NCBI GenBank assembly: GCA_010093745.1
Contig: MU005978.1
Coordinates: 124,001 to 188,000, forward strand
Reading direction: 5' to 3'
DNA: 64,000 bases
Source: Piedraia hortae CBS 480.64
Taxonomy: Eukaryota
The notes beneath the pieces are model-generated. The model searched no databases and was not told the DNA's origin. It saw only the letters and a list, made by a program, of their open reading frames with translations. The translations under genes and the position numbers were made by a program. Shown here one piece after another: positions 10,315-22,529 of the stretch (the first letter of the stretch is position 1; every line of letters begins with the position of its first letter).

Positions 10315-12618
10315 ATGGCATCCAAAGAGGCCACCGTCTACATAATCGACTGCGGCTCGACCATGGGCGAGCGCAGCTGCGGACGTCCACTGAACAATCT
10401 GGAATGGGCGTTGGAGTACGTCTGGGACAGGATAGCAGCAACGGTAGCCACCGAACGCAGAACTGCCCATATCGGAGTGATTGGGCTGCGAACCGACACG
10501 ACGCAAAATTGCATGAACTCTGAAGCTGAATACGCTCACATTAATGTCTTGCAAGAGCTGGGCCAGGTTAAGATGCCGGAGCTACGCCATTTGCGCGACA
10601 ATCTGGTCGCCTCATCTACAGCTCAGGGTGACGCCCTATCCGCCATTGCCATAGCTATACAGATGATTATGGACCACTGTAAGAAGCTTCTGTATAAGCG
10701 TAAGATAGTTTTGGTCACGGACGGAAGAGGTCCCATCCAGGTCAGTGAGATGGAAAACATTATTGACCGTATGAAGCAGGACGACATGAAGCTGACCATA
10801 TTGGGCATCGATTTTGATGATGCAGAATTTGGTTTCAAGGAAGAGGGCAAAAATCAAGTCAAGGCGGACAACGAGGAGATCCTGAAACACCTATGCGAAG
10901 ACAGCAATGGCCTATACGGCACATTGGCACAGGCCATCGGGGAGCTCAAGGTACCTCGCGTCAAAACCGTCAAGCCGGTGCCTTCATATCGGGGCGAAAT
11001 TGCTTTGGGTAATCCCAATGTGTACGACACAGCCATTTCGATAAATGTAGAGCGTTATGCAAAGACCATGAAGGCCAACCCCCCGTCAGGCAGCCAGTTC
11101 GTCCTGCGCTCCATGGCTCCAACCCAGGCTTCGCCAAGCGAGGCCGGCGAAGCAGATAGATTAGCAACAGTGAGGAGCTCACGCACGTACTTTGTGGCCG
11201 ACGGAGACCCGCCAGACGGGAAGATTGAAGTTTCTCCAAATGAGCTGGAAAAAGGGTATGAGTATGGCCGCACCGCCGTGTACATAAGCAAGAGCGACCG
11301 CAACGTGACAACATATGAGACGGAGTCGGGCCTTGATCTCATCGGGTTCGTTGAGGCTAAGAAGTACCGTCGTTGCATGGACATGTCCCGGACAAACATG
11401 ATTGTTGCGCAGAAGTTGAATGATCGGGCTGCAATGGCCCTTTCGTCGCTAATCCATGCACTTTGGGAACTGGAAACATATGCCATTGCTCGCTTTGTGA
11501 AAAAACAAAATGAGCAACCGCGAATCCTCTTGCTGGCACCGAATGTTGAGCCCGGCTTCGAGTGCTTGTATGACGTCGAACTGCCTTTCCAAGAAGACGT
11601 TCGCCAGTACAAGTTTCCTCCACTTGACCGAGTCATTACGGTTGGGGGAAAGGAGCTCAAGGAGCATCGCAACTTACCAAGCGAGGAGTTAGTGAACTCC
11701 ATGAGCGACTTGGTGGACGGCATGGATCTAATGGAGTTCGGCCGAGATGACGACGGACAGCCTGCAGAGTACGCACAGATGGATGAGATGTACAACCTGG
11801 CCATCCATCGTATTCAACAGGCTATACGACATCGGGCTTTATTCCCCGACTCTGAGCTTCCGCCAATCAATGAGGAGCTTCTACGCTTCTCCCAGCCGCC
11901 GGAAGCTCTGGTCAAGCAGGTGCAGCCAACATTGCAAAGATTGATTGATGCAGCAGAGGTGAAAAAGGTCCCGCCCAAAGCCAAAGGACGGCACGGGCGT
12001 CATGAGAAAGAACAGCAGAAGCCCCTGTCGAATCTTGATATAAAAGCTCTACTGGCACAAATGCCGGAGAGACGGCAGAGTCGGATTGATCCAAAAAACG
12101 CCATAGCGGAGTTTAAGCAGAGCACAATCAGCGAAGATCCGAACGCGTTCCCAAACGCATGCAGCCAAATGAAGGACATAATCTATAACTGGATCAGACG
12201 TGCATCGGATGAAAGCGGATACCAACAGGCCATTGAGGCCCTCAGCGTCATGCGAGAGGAGACTGCGGAGCTTGAGCTTCCTATGCTTTATAACGACATG
12301 GTGCGGGAGCTAAAAGCGAAGCTGCTGGTAGGGGAGCTGGGGCAGAGCAAGGAGGAAGTCTGGCATTATATTCGCCACAACCAGCTGGGTCTGCTGGTCG
12401 AGAGTGAGACCAAGGGTGGGGTTGATGACGAAGAAGCCAGGCAGTTCACGTCGGGTAAATCATTCTTCCCTAAAACATTGATTAGGTTGCTGACAGCTAT
12501 ACCAGATGGTTTCGAGGGATTGCCCCTGCATCCGCGCGCGCGCGTGCATAAAGGGAAGCACACAACGACCATGCGAGCACCGTGTTCCCACTTGTGGCAA
12601 AACGACAGATGTTTCTAG
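10315..12618 (+). CDS. KU80: ATP-dependent DNA helicase II 80 kDa subunit (Ku80)
   Basis: MASKEATVYIIDCG vWA start, LEKGYEYGRTAV, MALSSLIHALWEL, ELPFQEDVRQYKFPPLD, IDPKNAIAEFKQ. Possible 42-nt in-frame intron 12455-12496, so the extreme C-terminus is uncertain. Confidence 0.95.
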   Translation: MASKEATVYIIDCGSTMGERSCGRPLNNLEWALEYVWDRIAATVATERRTAHIGVIGLRTDTTQNCMNSEAEYAHINVLQELGQVKMPELRHLRDNLVASSTAQGDALSAIAIAIQMIMDHCKKLLYKRKIVLVTDGRGPIQVSEMENIIDRMKQDDMKLTILGIDFDDAEFGFKEEGKNQVKADNEEILKHLCEDSNGLYGTLAQAIGELKVPRVKTVKPVPSYRGEIALGNPNVYDTAISINVERYAKTMKANPPSGSQFVLRSMAPTQASPSEAGEADRLATVRSSRTYFVADGDPPDGKIEVSPNELEKGYEYGRTAVYISKSDRNVTTYETESGLDLIGFVEAKKYRRCMDMSRTNMIVAQKLNDRAAMALSSLIHALWELETYAIARFVKKQNEQPRILLLAPNVEPGFECLYDVELPFQEDVRQYKFPPLDRVITVGGKELKEHRNLPSEELVNSMSDLVDGMDLMEFGRDDDGQPAEYAQMDEMYNLAIHRIQQAIRHRALFPDSELPPINEELLRFSQPPEALVKQVQPTLQRLIDAAEVKKVPPKAKGRHGRHEKEQQKPLSNLDIKALLAQMPERRQSRIDPKNAIAEFKQSTISEDPNAFPNACSQMKDIIYNWIRRASDESGYQQAIEALSVMREETAELELPMLYNDMVRELKAKLLVGELGQSKEEVWHYIRHNQLGLLVESETKGGVDDEEARQFTSGKSFFPKTLIRLLTAIPDGFEGLPLHPRARVHKGKHTTTMRAPCSHLWQNDRCF

Positions 12619-12946
12619 AAGCCACGTGTCGGCCTGCCCGGGCGTCAAAAGTTCGGGCGCCATGCCGAGTCGGGGCTCGGCTGCAATAGTGTGCAGAGAG
12701 GCTTTTGAAGCTCGTTGCGCTTCTACAGACGGCGTCAGAGCTTAGTGGGGAATGCTCGCCGGATCTGGCAGGCGCCTCCACACGCGGTGAGCGGTGAGAT
12801 CCGTTCGCCTGCCATGGCATCTCATCTCCCGGCTTCGGTCGACTTGTGAAGGAAGAGGCATCCGCCCATATTCTCCACAACTGCCAGCACAATTAAAACC
12901 GCTCGTCAAGACAAATTTCCTTTCATTGCCATCCTTCCAAAGTAAT

Positions 12947-13685
12947 ATGAGTGCCTCGCCAACGCAGGTGCATGAGTCTGACCCAGCAGCCTCTCCTACC
13001 GCAGAGGCGCTTCCCAAGCGCAAGGGTGGGCGCACAAAGGTTTGCAAAGCGATTCAGAAGAACTGCACTCTAATGCGGCGCAGAAGTACACGACCGAAGA
13101 ACAAAAGAAAGAGCGTAATCGAAAAGCACAGTCAGACTTTCGGCTGCGGAGGCAAAATACGTTTAAGACTCTATCAGAGCAGAACAAAGTCTTCCGCGAG
13201 GAAGTGTCCACGTTGGAGAAAGAGAAGCTGGTCCTGCAAGAACACGTCCTTGCCCTGACTCAAGAAAACGCCGCGCTCAAAGCATATTGCAACAATAGTG
13301 GGTTTGAAAAAGATCCACAAAACAACTGCTGACACTGGAAGGGGAGTCTTCCCAACCTCTGAATAGTAATGCCTCAGGATACCCGCAGGGAGAGGCGGTA
13401 GGTCTCCCACGCCGCATCCGCCCGGGAGACTCGTCAAGTTCAGCGGCATCTGAACCTGCGGGCTTTGCGCCCACTGGCTCACCCTACCCTGCTCAACACC
13501 ACTCGCACCACGGAGCCGTTTCGGGCTACTATCCTAATGTAGTGGAGCACTATGCTCGAACAATGTACGGCGAATGGGAGCCTCCCGCAGAGCAGGGCAG
13601 TCATTCGATGATGGCGCGTGGCTCTGTGGACAGCACATATGGCTACCCCACCTCTCCACAGTTTCCAGGGCAATATGGACAGTGA
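12947..13685 (+). CDS. bZIP transcription factor (AP-1/Yap-like basic region); exons 12947-13039, 13084-13297, 13342-13685
   Basis: Two 44-nt GT-AG introns with CTAAT/CTGAC branch sites join KRKGGRTK-KYTTEEQKKERNRKAQSDFRLRR, a leucine zipper and an open Ser/Pro/Tyr-rich tail. Confidence 0.8.
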
Positions 13686-13852
13686 CGGTTGTAGTTTGTA
13701 GACTGTAGACGTTAGGTGAGGTGTGGTATATGCCAAGACCAAGTGCGGGGCACAGGCCACCGAAACAAATTGGCGCGTGGAGACGGGCAAAGCTTTTCAG
13801 GCCGCATCAAACATTTTTTGAAAAATGGGTTTCTTCTCGTGACTGCAACACC

Positions 13853-15079
13853 ATGGGTAGCCAAATCGTGAGCAAGGTATGTTTGCCACATGTTTCGAGC
13901 TGTTCTTTTCATGCGCTAACGTCTACAGAACCTCTACGAGCTCCTGGGTACGCGTGGTGGTGCTGTCGCTGTCACTTTTCTCTTGCTGACATCTGTCGAG
14001 GTAATGACCCGGAGCTCGACCCGAGCAACGCGGCTCCGGCCCCTACAAAGACGATAGACAAGGCTACGCAGCGAAGCGGAAAGCGCAATGGCGGCGGTGA
14101 GCAGCCCAAGGGAGGACGCGGCGGCAAGAGCGAGGGCGGCGCCGGCAATGACCAGGGTGGGTATCTTCCTATCGTGCACGCCTGCCATACTTACTTGGTC
14201 CCAGGCAGGACGAACAATCGCGGACGCGGCGACCGTCGCGGAGGTCGTGGTGGTCGAGGTAGGTTCTAAGTCTCCGGCCAAGCTACTGTGCATCTACTGA
14301 CAGATAACCGCGGAGGCCGTGGCGGTGGCTCGCGAGACGATCGCCACAGCCACAGTGGCTTCGGTGACCACCAGAAGCAGGCCGCCCGTGGCTGGGGTGA
14401 TCCGACCGACGGCAAAGCGGAATTCGCCGATGAGACGGCGGGCTGGGCCATGGCAGAGGCTGAAGCCAACAACACTCCCGGCTGGGCCCCTGACCCAGCC
14501 AAAGCTGGCGGCGATTCCAGCTGGAACGCCGATTCGGCCAACGATGGCGGTGCGTCGGGCTGGACGCCTGACACATCAGCCCGCGACCCTGCCTTTACCA
14601 ACGGTCCCGATGGGCCGACTGGCGCCGATGAAGCTGCGCCGGAACCCGAGGTCAAGACCAAGTCTTACCAGGAATATCTCGCTGAGCAGGAGGAGAAGCG
14701 CGCGGCGCTAAGCGGCAACCTGAACGTCCGCAAGGCCAACGAGGGGTCGAAACAAAAGTTCCCCCAGGGCAAGGCCCTTGAGCGTCAGGAACAGGACTTC
14801 TTCAGCGGAACGGGAGGGAAGCACCGCAAGCAAAAGGAACAAAAGGAAAAGGAGCATATTGCCCTGAACGGACAGTACTACGCGCCGGTCGAGCAAGACC
14901 GTGGAGGCCGTGGCCGCGGCCGCGGACGTGGTGACCGTGGAGGACGCGGCCGTGGTGATCGTGGCGGGCGCGGCGACCGCGGCGGAGACCGCTTTGGCGA
15001 TCGGAATAACAACTCGCGCGGCGGACGCGGCATCAACACCAACGATGAATCGGCGTTTCCGTCCCTGGGGGCCTCGTAG
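13853..15079 (+). CDS. STM1: Stm1 / SERBP1-family ribosome- and telomere-associated RGG protein; introns 13877-13928, 13948-14000, 14157-14204, 14259-14303
   Basis: Spliced N-terminus VSK-NLYELL-GNDPE; DDRHSHSG, GWG, KTKSYQEYLAEQ, VRKANEG, RGG repeats, C-terminal DESAFPSLG. Confidence 0.9.
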
Positions 15080-15276
15080 TCTGGGGCCTCGCACAGTGTC
15101 TCATGCATGAAAGTGTCCTGAGCAGGTAGTCTATAGCAGTCTAGCTGTTCTGTTCTGTCTATGCTTCTCCGAGTTCAGTGCATCCAGTCTAGTCCATCAA
15201 CTCTCTACTGTCGGTCTCTATCCAGCATCAGCATTCTCTTCCGAACTCAATCTATTGACCCTCCCATGCAGGTTCC

Positions 15277-16711
15277 CTACCGAAACTTCCTACCAATCTC
15301 CTCCTCCGTAAACCTCAAAGTCTTGCTCCTCAACAAATCCACAACCTCCTTCCTCGTCAAACTAACCTGCTCCCCAATTGGAACCAAACACTTAGCCAAA
15401 TATTCATAATCTTTCGTCAGCAGTCGGAAAGTAAGACCAATGTAATCAATATTACGAAACACTAAGGCCCTGCCTTCGGCGTATTCGGTTTTGCGGTCTA
15501 GGAAGTGAACGGGGTGGTCCCGCCAGTGACGACGCGGGTTGAGATGGTGGGAAGTATGGTACCCATCGTTGAAGGAGTGTCTGTTACTCTACGAATACGT
15601 TAGGAGACGTTTCTTGAGGAGGCTTCGCGGGGAGGGGGAGAGACGCGCGTCTGCTCCACCACCCTCCACTGATCAAATAACTTACCGCCACATCAAGCAG
15701 AGTAACACTCTCCCTTAGATCACTCTTGGGATCCTCATGATCGATAAGGGCATGCTGGCCCCAATTCCCTGCCATGAGACCAACCCTCAGGAACGCAAAC
15801 GGCACAACAAGTACGGCCAGGGTTGCTGCTGGCTGCATCCTCCACAACGCAAATGCCGCCACGTAGCTGCCCAGTTCCCAGAATAGGGCGCTCGCTGCGC
15901 GTCGGGGTTGGTTGCGTTTGAGAAAATAGTAGGGCAGCTCCGCCCAGGTGAGAAATATGAACCGCGCGAGGTAGTGCAGGAAGTGGAGAGCGCTGTCGCG
16001 CTGGTAGCGCAGCGTGGACGATAGATCCTCCGGTCCGTTGCCCTCGATGTGGTGGTGTTTGACGTGGTGGTGGTAGTAGGAGTTCCATGTATGGCCCATT
16101 AGGGGGCAGAGGATGTAAGGCAGAGTCTTGTCGATGTAGGTGTATGGGGCTGCGAGGACGCCGTTGTTGTGGATGTGGTTGTGCATCAAAAGGGTGAAGG
16201 GGCCGATGCACCATCCTGTTAGCACTATGTGCAGGATGCTGTGGAGTAGGGTTGGGTTGGTGTAGAGATATAAAGCTGAGGTGAGGTTGATGCATGTGTA
16301 GAATAACTGATGCGTGAGAAAGACGACGTCCGTTGGGTGTCGGACTACGCGTTGTGCCCACTGCGAATACTTGGATACGAGGGGCTGGAGGGCTGCGGGT
16401 ACAGTGTCGAAGCTGGTGAAGATTGATGGGCTGAATAAGGTTGATTTTGGGTCGTTTTTGGAACGGAGTTGCGAGATGGATGTTTGCACATCTCGCTGAG
16501 TGAACCGGCCAGGTGTATTGATGTTGTTGGGTGCTTCGGAAAAGAGAGTCTCCAAGACAATGAGGTCTGCGGCGGTGAGATTCTTGTAAACGGGGAGAGC
16601 TTCATCTGTCACTGCTACTTTCGGCAATGACACTTCCGCCGCACTGGGTCGACGTCGTGTGACGCCGCTCTGTTCATGTATTGCGGTTAGAACAACCGGT
16701 GCTGTCTCCAT
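15277..16711 (-). CDS. Fatty acid desaturase-like membrane di-iron protein; intron 15589-15685
   Basis: His boxes HNHIH, HHHVKHHH and, after the intron, FNDGYHTSHHLNP; GNWGQHA; hydrophobic segments. Confidence 0.88.
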
Positions 16712-16796
16712 GTCTTTCCGCTCCCATGTCTCCCTTTGAGCTGCACGCTGCTTACTCAGCAACCTACATCGTACCGCCAGCGCCGTTTGTGGGCAA

Positions 16797-18338
16797 ATGG
16801 CGTTCCCCTACACCCATTACACCTGCCCATGTGGTGATGAGGAAGGTGAAGAGGCCAGGTTCAGTCCGCATGGGCTCTACCCGCTTGAAACGTTGCTGTT
16901 CTGCGACGAGTGCGACGCCATTCGCTGTCCACGGTGCTGGGCCGAGGAAGTGCTCTGCTGGTACTGTCCTACTTGTTTGTTCGAAGTCCCAAGCCCAAGT
17001 ATCAAGGGCGAAGGCAACAGGTGTCCCCGAAGCTGCTACAACTGTCCCATCTGTGCGGTCTCGCTAGTGGTAACTACGCTTCCTCCCAAACATGATACGG
17101 GCCTGTTGAAGCCATCTGCTACTCCTGAAGAAGCCTATACCCTCCAATGCCAGTGTTGCGACTGGTCCTCGGTTGATGTAGGGATCAAATTGAACAAACC
17201 AGCCAGGATAACGGAGCAACTGTCAAAGCAACGCTACGCTAAAAGGACAAAAGCATCAGAAGAGAACAGGAGAGATGTTGACCAAACGTTTGACTGTCTG
17301 GCTAAATTTTACCACAAGCAGCTTTCTGAGACAGAGCCCATTAGCGCATATACTGACAGCCCCTACGGCTCGCCGGCTGCCTTGGCGAAGCTTTTGAACT
17401 TTTACGGCGGCGTTACATTGCCTGGCTTCAAAAAGAAAAAAGTCGGCCAGGGCATTAGAGAAGCGAGAGAGCCTGCTGAAGGGTTCTGGGCCATTGGAAA
17501 GGATGACGAGGCTTTGCTTGATAACATACGAGCGCTAAATTGGGACGATAAGACGACAGCTGAACAGAGGGATTCGGCCCCTGTAAACCACAATGCAAGG
17601 CTGATTGAAGATCTCTGGCCAACTGCACAGCAGCTGCGGACACGCAAAGGGAAACGCTGCAAAACCTGCCGCCAGTACCTGGCTAAGCCCGATGTGAAGA
17701 AATTGGGTACCAAATACAAAGTGCGTCTTCTCGCCCAGAGTCATATACCACGTTTGACCATGCGGCCTTTACATGGCTCTGATGGACAAATCGGAGGGCC
17801 ATTTCGTCTTCGTCCCACCGAGCCCACACCTCCCGAGTTGTCTCCCGGTCAGACAAAGTCGTATATCCTCACAATACATAATCCCATCTTTGAAACGATA
17901 AAAGTCACCCTTGGCACCCCAAGCATCACTCCCGGGCCTATCTCAAGTCGGGTAACCATTCTGTGCCCGTCCTTCACAGTTGGCCCCGCCGGTGATGCTT
18001 GGGAGGAAGCATTACATAGTAGCGCCGGCCCCTGGATTGCGGAAGATGGAAGGAAACGCGCCCAGCCAAGCATTTCTTCGATTTCATTAACATCAACAGG
18101 TGAGAAACAGCCCGAGGCGGGCAAGGTTTGGGACCGTAAGAGGAATGCCACGAGCGTAATTGCGGAGATTGTTGTCCCACTTGCTCTTACTGGTGGAGGA
18201 AAAGCTACTGGGTTATTAGAAGTGCCATTCTACGTCAGAGCCGAGTGGGATGAGACGGAAACAAAGGATAAGGAAAAGGAAAAATGCAAGAGAGAAGTTG
18301 CGTTTTGGTGCCTAGTCGTCTTAGGACAGGTAGGATAA
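16797..18338 (+). CDS. DCTN4: Dynactin subunit 4 (p62)
   Basis: LLFCDECDAIRCPRC...CPTCLFEVP...EGNRCPRSCYNCPIC Zn-binding N-terminus; KRCKTCRQYLAKP. Confidence 0.92.
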   Translation: MAFPYTHYTCPCGDEEGEEARFSPHGLYPLETLLFCDECDAIRCPRCWAEEVLCWYCPTCLFEVPSPSIKGEGNRCPRSCYNCPICAVSLVVTTLPPKHDTGLLKPSATPEEAYTLQCQCCDWSSVDVGIKLNKPARITEQLSKQRYAKRTKASEENRRDVDQTFDCLAKFYHKQLSETEPISAYTDSPYGSPAALAKLLNFYGGVTLPGFKKKKVGQGIREAREPAEGFWAIGKDDEALLDNIRALNWDDKTTAEQRDSAPVNHNARLIEDLWPTAQQLRTRKGKRCKTCRQYLAKPDVKKLGTKYKVRLLAQSHIPRLTMRPLHGSDGQIGGPFRLRPTEPTPPELSPGQTKSYILTIHNPIFETIKVTLGTPSITPGPISSRVTILCPSFTVGPAGDAWEEALHSSAGPWIAEDGRKRAQPSISSISLTSTGEKQPEAGKVWDRKRNATSVIAEIVVPLALTGGGKATGLLEVPFYVRAEWDETETKDKEKEKCKREVAFWCLVVLGQVG

Positions 18339-19067
18339 ACTCATGCAAGAGCCAACTTCTCTGAGTGACACCTGTCGACTTCATGTCTTTTCGTATTGCT
18401 ATCCAAACTTTCGGATCGGGTACGGATCAAAAATCTTTTTTGATTAGGCTCGGCATCTCTGAGGCACAGGTGACCACGTCCTGACTCGCAAACGTTTGAG
18501 CCTGCTACAGCATTGAAACCCAACCATTAGAAAAAATTTTGGACAATCACAAAACAATCACAGCGGACAATTTGGAAGAACGGCGGCTTGTCCCAGCCAG
18601 GCACGCGCCCGGCGGAATTTCTGTCCCAGCCCAATTTGCCGCGCTATCATTATAAAACCGACACAGCTGCTTGCCCATCACAAACCCTGCCAATGACAGT
18701 CCTCGCAACCCGTTCCGCCGGTGACGAACGAGCAGCACGTGAAGCTGCAGCCTGAAATAGCAGCATAAGCAGAGATTGCATCACGTGGCGCAGTTCGAAT
18801 CCGGGGCATGGCCAGACCCGCCCAAAAGGGAAAGTCCGGGTGCGCGTGAACTGGAGCAGGTGATGCCGCCGGCGGCCGAGACTTGATTTGATTTCTCATC
18901 AACCATCAATCAATTCCAACAAACCCCACATGCCCGCCCCGTGCCACTGCAGCCCCGCACCTGGTGGCTGAGTCTTTCCCCCGTTGTTCCCTTGGGTTCT
19001 TTGTTCCAGCAGAAATTTCTCAAAACTTTTCACTCAATCGTCAACACTCTTTTTCTCTGTACCCCCT

Positions 19068-19980
19068 ATGGCTCTCAAAGTACCTTCTTGCCCAACACGG
19101 CCTCTTGCTGCCCCAGCTAATGACGCCAGGACCCGCGCCCCAGTAGTCATCAGCGCCTGTCCTGCTCTGCCACATCGCGTCAGTACTTTCGTCTGCCCGG
19201 AGCTGCCTCTGGCCGTGTAGGCCGCCGAAAAAGCTCCACGTTTTCCCCAGGCACCGTGGCTGCTGTCGAGAATACTATATCTGGAAGCCTGCCGGAACGT
19301 GCCGAGAGCGTCCTGACTGACGGCCCCCCCTTCTCCGCCACCGACCGTAAGCCCAAAGCCCGCCGGGCCAGCGAAGGCAACCGCATGGGCCGCCGGGACA
19401 AGGCCGGTGAGCTCAAGTGCGAGCACTGTGGGAAGGCGTACAAGCATGGCAGCTGTTTGAGCAAGCATCTGTACGTGTCTCTTGTCCCCGGCGGCGGCTG
19501 TCGGCTAATCGTTGAGTCAGTTGGGAACACACGCCCCAATGGCAGTTGACGTCCAAACTGCTCATCTCGAAGCACCAGCAGGTGCAACTTCTCGAGGCCG
19601 CCTCAGTGCTGGTTGCCATGAATCAGGACGGGTCGCACGATAGCGACCGCTCGTCCATTTCTGGCATCTCAGTCTCGACGGGACGCGACGAGCCAAGCTC
19701 CGCAGAGACAACCCCGCCTCCGAATGATGCGTCCCGCCGCAGCAGCAAGCGCCTGAGTGGTGTGTGTTCGCAAAGCCTGCCGACTTGTCAGGAGGATCTC
19801 GCGGCGGCGGTCGGTCTATTGAGTTGTAGCCAGAACACCCCTACCTCTGGGCCCACCATCCCTCGGGGAGATGTGCCACCCGTACCTCCACTCCCGCCTC
19901 AGTACATGACTCCTCACATGAAGCCTAATGTCGATGCTGAAATGGATGATGATGAGGGCATGTGGAAAATGGATGCTTGA
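19068..19980 (+). CDS. C2H2-type zinc finger protein; exons 19068-19079, 19130-19470, 19521-19980
   Basis: Splicing gives LKCEHCGKAYKHGSCLSKHL-WEHTPQW..TSKLLISKHQQVQLLEAASVLV; both introns GT-AG with CTAAT branch sites. Confidence 0.85.
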
Positions 19981-22529
19981 CTCCGTTGGGTGGGCATCTT
20001 GGTGCGAATAGGGGCTTTTTCTCTTTGGGCTTGTTTTCTATACACCGCGGCTAGAGCTGCACAATGGCCTCTTTTTACCACCAACGACGGAGTCATGATA
20101 CTTTGAATCTTAATGTAGCGTTGAATGAAGAAACGTTGATATGATGTCGTCGTCTCATGCGAGCTGTTCGTCATGCATCGTAGATTGTCGTTTCCCTGCA
20201 TATGTCATGATGTCATGACTGCTTGGCGATCAGGCAACGTGAAACAAAGTTAGCGAGTAATGGTAATGCTAGCAGTTGCTATGGACACGGGGAGAAGGTT
20301 ACGGTAGGTATTCAACAGGAGAGCCTGGAGGGCCTACTGCGAAGTTTTAATCAAGACCAACGAGCTACACCTAGATCGAGGATCCCGACTCTCGAATCTG
20401 TGTAACACCGGCCACCTGATACTCGCAACATCTGTTCGATGCGGGGGATCAGAAGACACGTCGCTTCAGGGCCCAGGCATGAAAGCAAAGTGGGATCAAA
20501 AGCACTCTTCCCAGCCATGATTATAGCTACGATAGCTCTCGATCTTTTACCTTGTGCTGTGCAATGCGTCCACATATGGCACTCTTTGCGCAGAACAGGT
20601 TCGAGGGAGCCTGTGCTAAAATTTGAATGGCTGATGTGTAGAGATTGGGCTCCCGTGGATGAGAGTGCGCAGCGGCCCGAAGAGGATGAAGCGATAGACG
20701 AAAACAGGGACAGGACAGATGCAGATGGATATGAGTCAATATCAGTGTCGATATGACAGTGTGAATGACTATAAATCTCTATGAGGGGACGTCAAAATAA
20801 ATATTCCGTACCGGTGGGCCAGTGACGTCACGTCGTACACTAGCAGGGCGCATTCACCATGTCACATATGACATGACCCTGAGGGAAAACCTCTGTGAGG
20901 GAGAAACCTAGGGTGCGGCTGGTAGTGTAGGAGGTATCGCTGACTTGCTATGCAAGTGCCCCGCATACGCGCTAGCGGCGATGCTTGAATCCAACATGAT
21001 GCAGTGGATCTCAAACCCGATTCGAGCTACTTCTGCGGGAGAGAATACTGGATAGAGCACGGGACGTTTGACAGCTACTCTCATCTTTTCAGCGTAGGCT
21101 AGACTTTCATACTCAACACCGCACATACCAGTGCATAATTCAAGGGAGAGTAAAGGAAACGGGAAAGGTTCGAAAAAATCTCCGGCCTCATGGATATACA
21201 AAGCATTGTGAACTTCAATGTCGATGCGTGATCTCCTATAGAGAACCTACAGTAGTCCCCAGGTCCTGTGGCTGCGCCTTATTTAACGCAATTTGGCGGT
21301 AGCCAGCCAGGGTTCGCGAATCAGTAGCAACAACCTCATCTACTGCCACAATATTGAGTTCGGGAGATTTATTTGCAGGCTGCCAGGTATCTTCGCACAT
21401 AAAATTTGAATTTGCACTGTTGTGCGAATCCTCTATCAACGAGTCGAGCTTCAATCTTCCCTTGCGCATCGATTTTCTAGACTGTAACCCCGAACGCGGT
21501 GGATGGGAGCCGTTGTAAGTCAGTTCCCAACCCAGGCTGAATACGGCGAATGCCATTTAAGGAGAACGCGCGATCGATCCGTTCCTGAAGGCCCCCGTGT
21601 ACTTGGTCGCCATTGGAGCAAGAATATAGCTCTGCCCGAAGGACATGCGGTCCGTCTACAAGTGGTTGAGCTTGCAATTAAACTTGGTCCGCAAAATGCG
21701 GGCACTCTCAGCGCTATATTTCGCAGGAACACCAGTAATATTGACACGGCACGCAAAGGCACCTCTAGGAGCTCTAAGACTTTCTTGCACATAGGGGCCA
21801 GGTCCTCATCGCGAAGCTCATACATACGGCATGGGCTTGACATTAGTATCAGCAATGGCGGAAAGGACGTGCGTGATCATCATGGATACTGTAAGTGTTC
21901 CAGACGCTGGCCCGGTCTCTCGCTCGATGTCTCGCATCTTGTCACAGAACTGCTGTATCAAAGTCAGCATTTGATTTTGCGAGCCTACTTGTATACGTAC
22001 CTCCTTCATGGTCTCGGCGAAATGTGGCAGGATATACTAGTCCCTGAGCCAGACCCGCAGAAGGACAGGCGCAACGATCGACCAGCGACCGTGCTCTGAC
22101 AACGTCTAGTGTCCGAAGTATCGCACCGGATTTTGAAACTTGATCCAACACTAAAGGGAGGTGGCCCATTCTTTATACTCTGCGAAAGCCAATGACGTGA
22201 GCACGCAATCCTTGAGCAATTTGTGCATCAAGTTTGAGATGCCAGCGAACCAAGACTGCTAATGGACCTTGCAAATGCCAACTACAGGTCGTTCATTCAC
22301 AACTTCACAGAGTCAGCACAAAATCCAATAAAGGATGCATTACTTTACTGGATCCCTCACTGCTAACGGGAATTTGAGCTGTGGAAATCTCTGATGAACT
22401 GCGACTCCAAGACAATTCTGGAGCTTGACGCATCAGACTCTAGATTTGGAGGCATCAAAATCCAGATCGATCATCAAGATTTGCAAATTAGACAATTGAC
22501 GATGCAATTGGCCACCAGAACATATCCGG

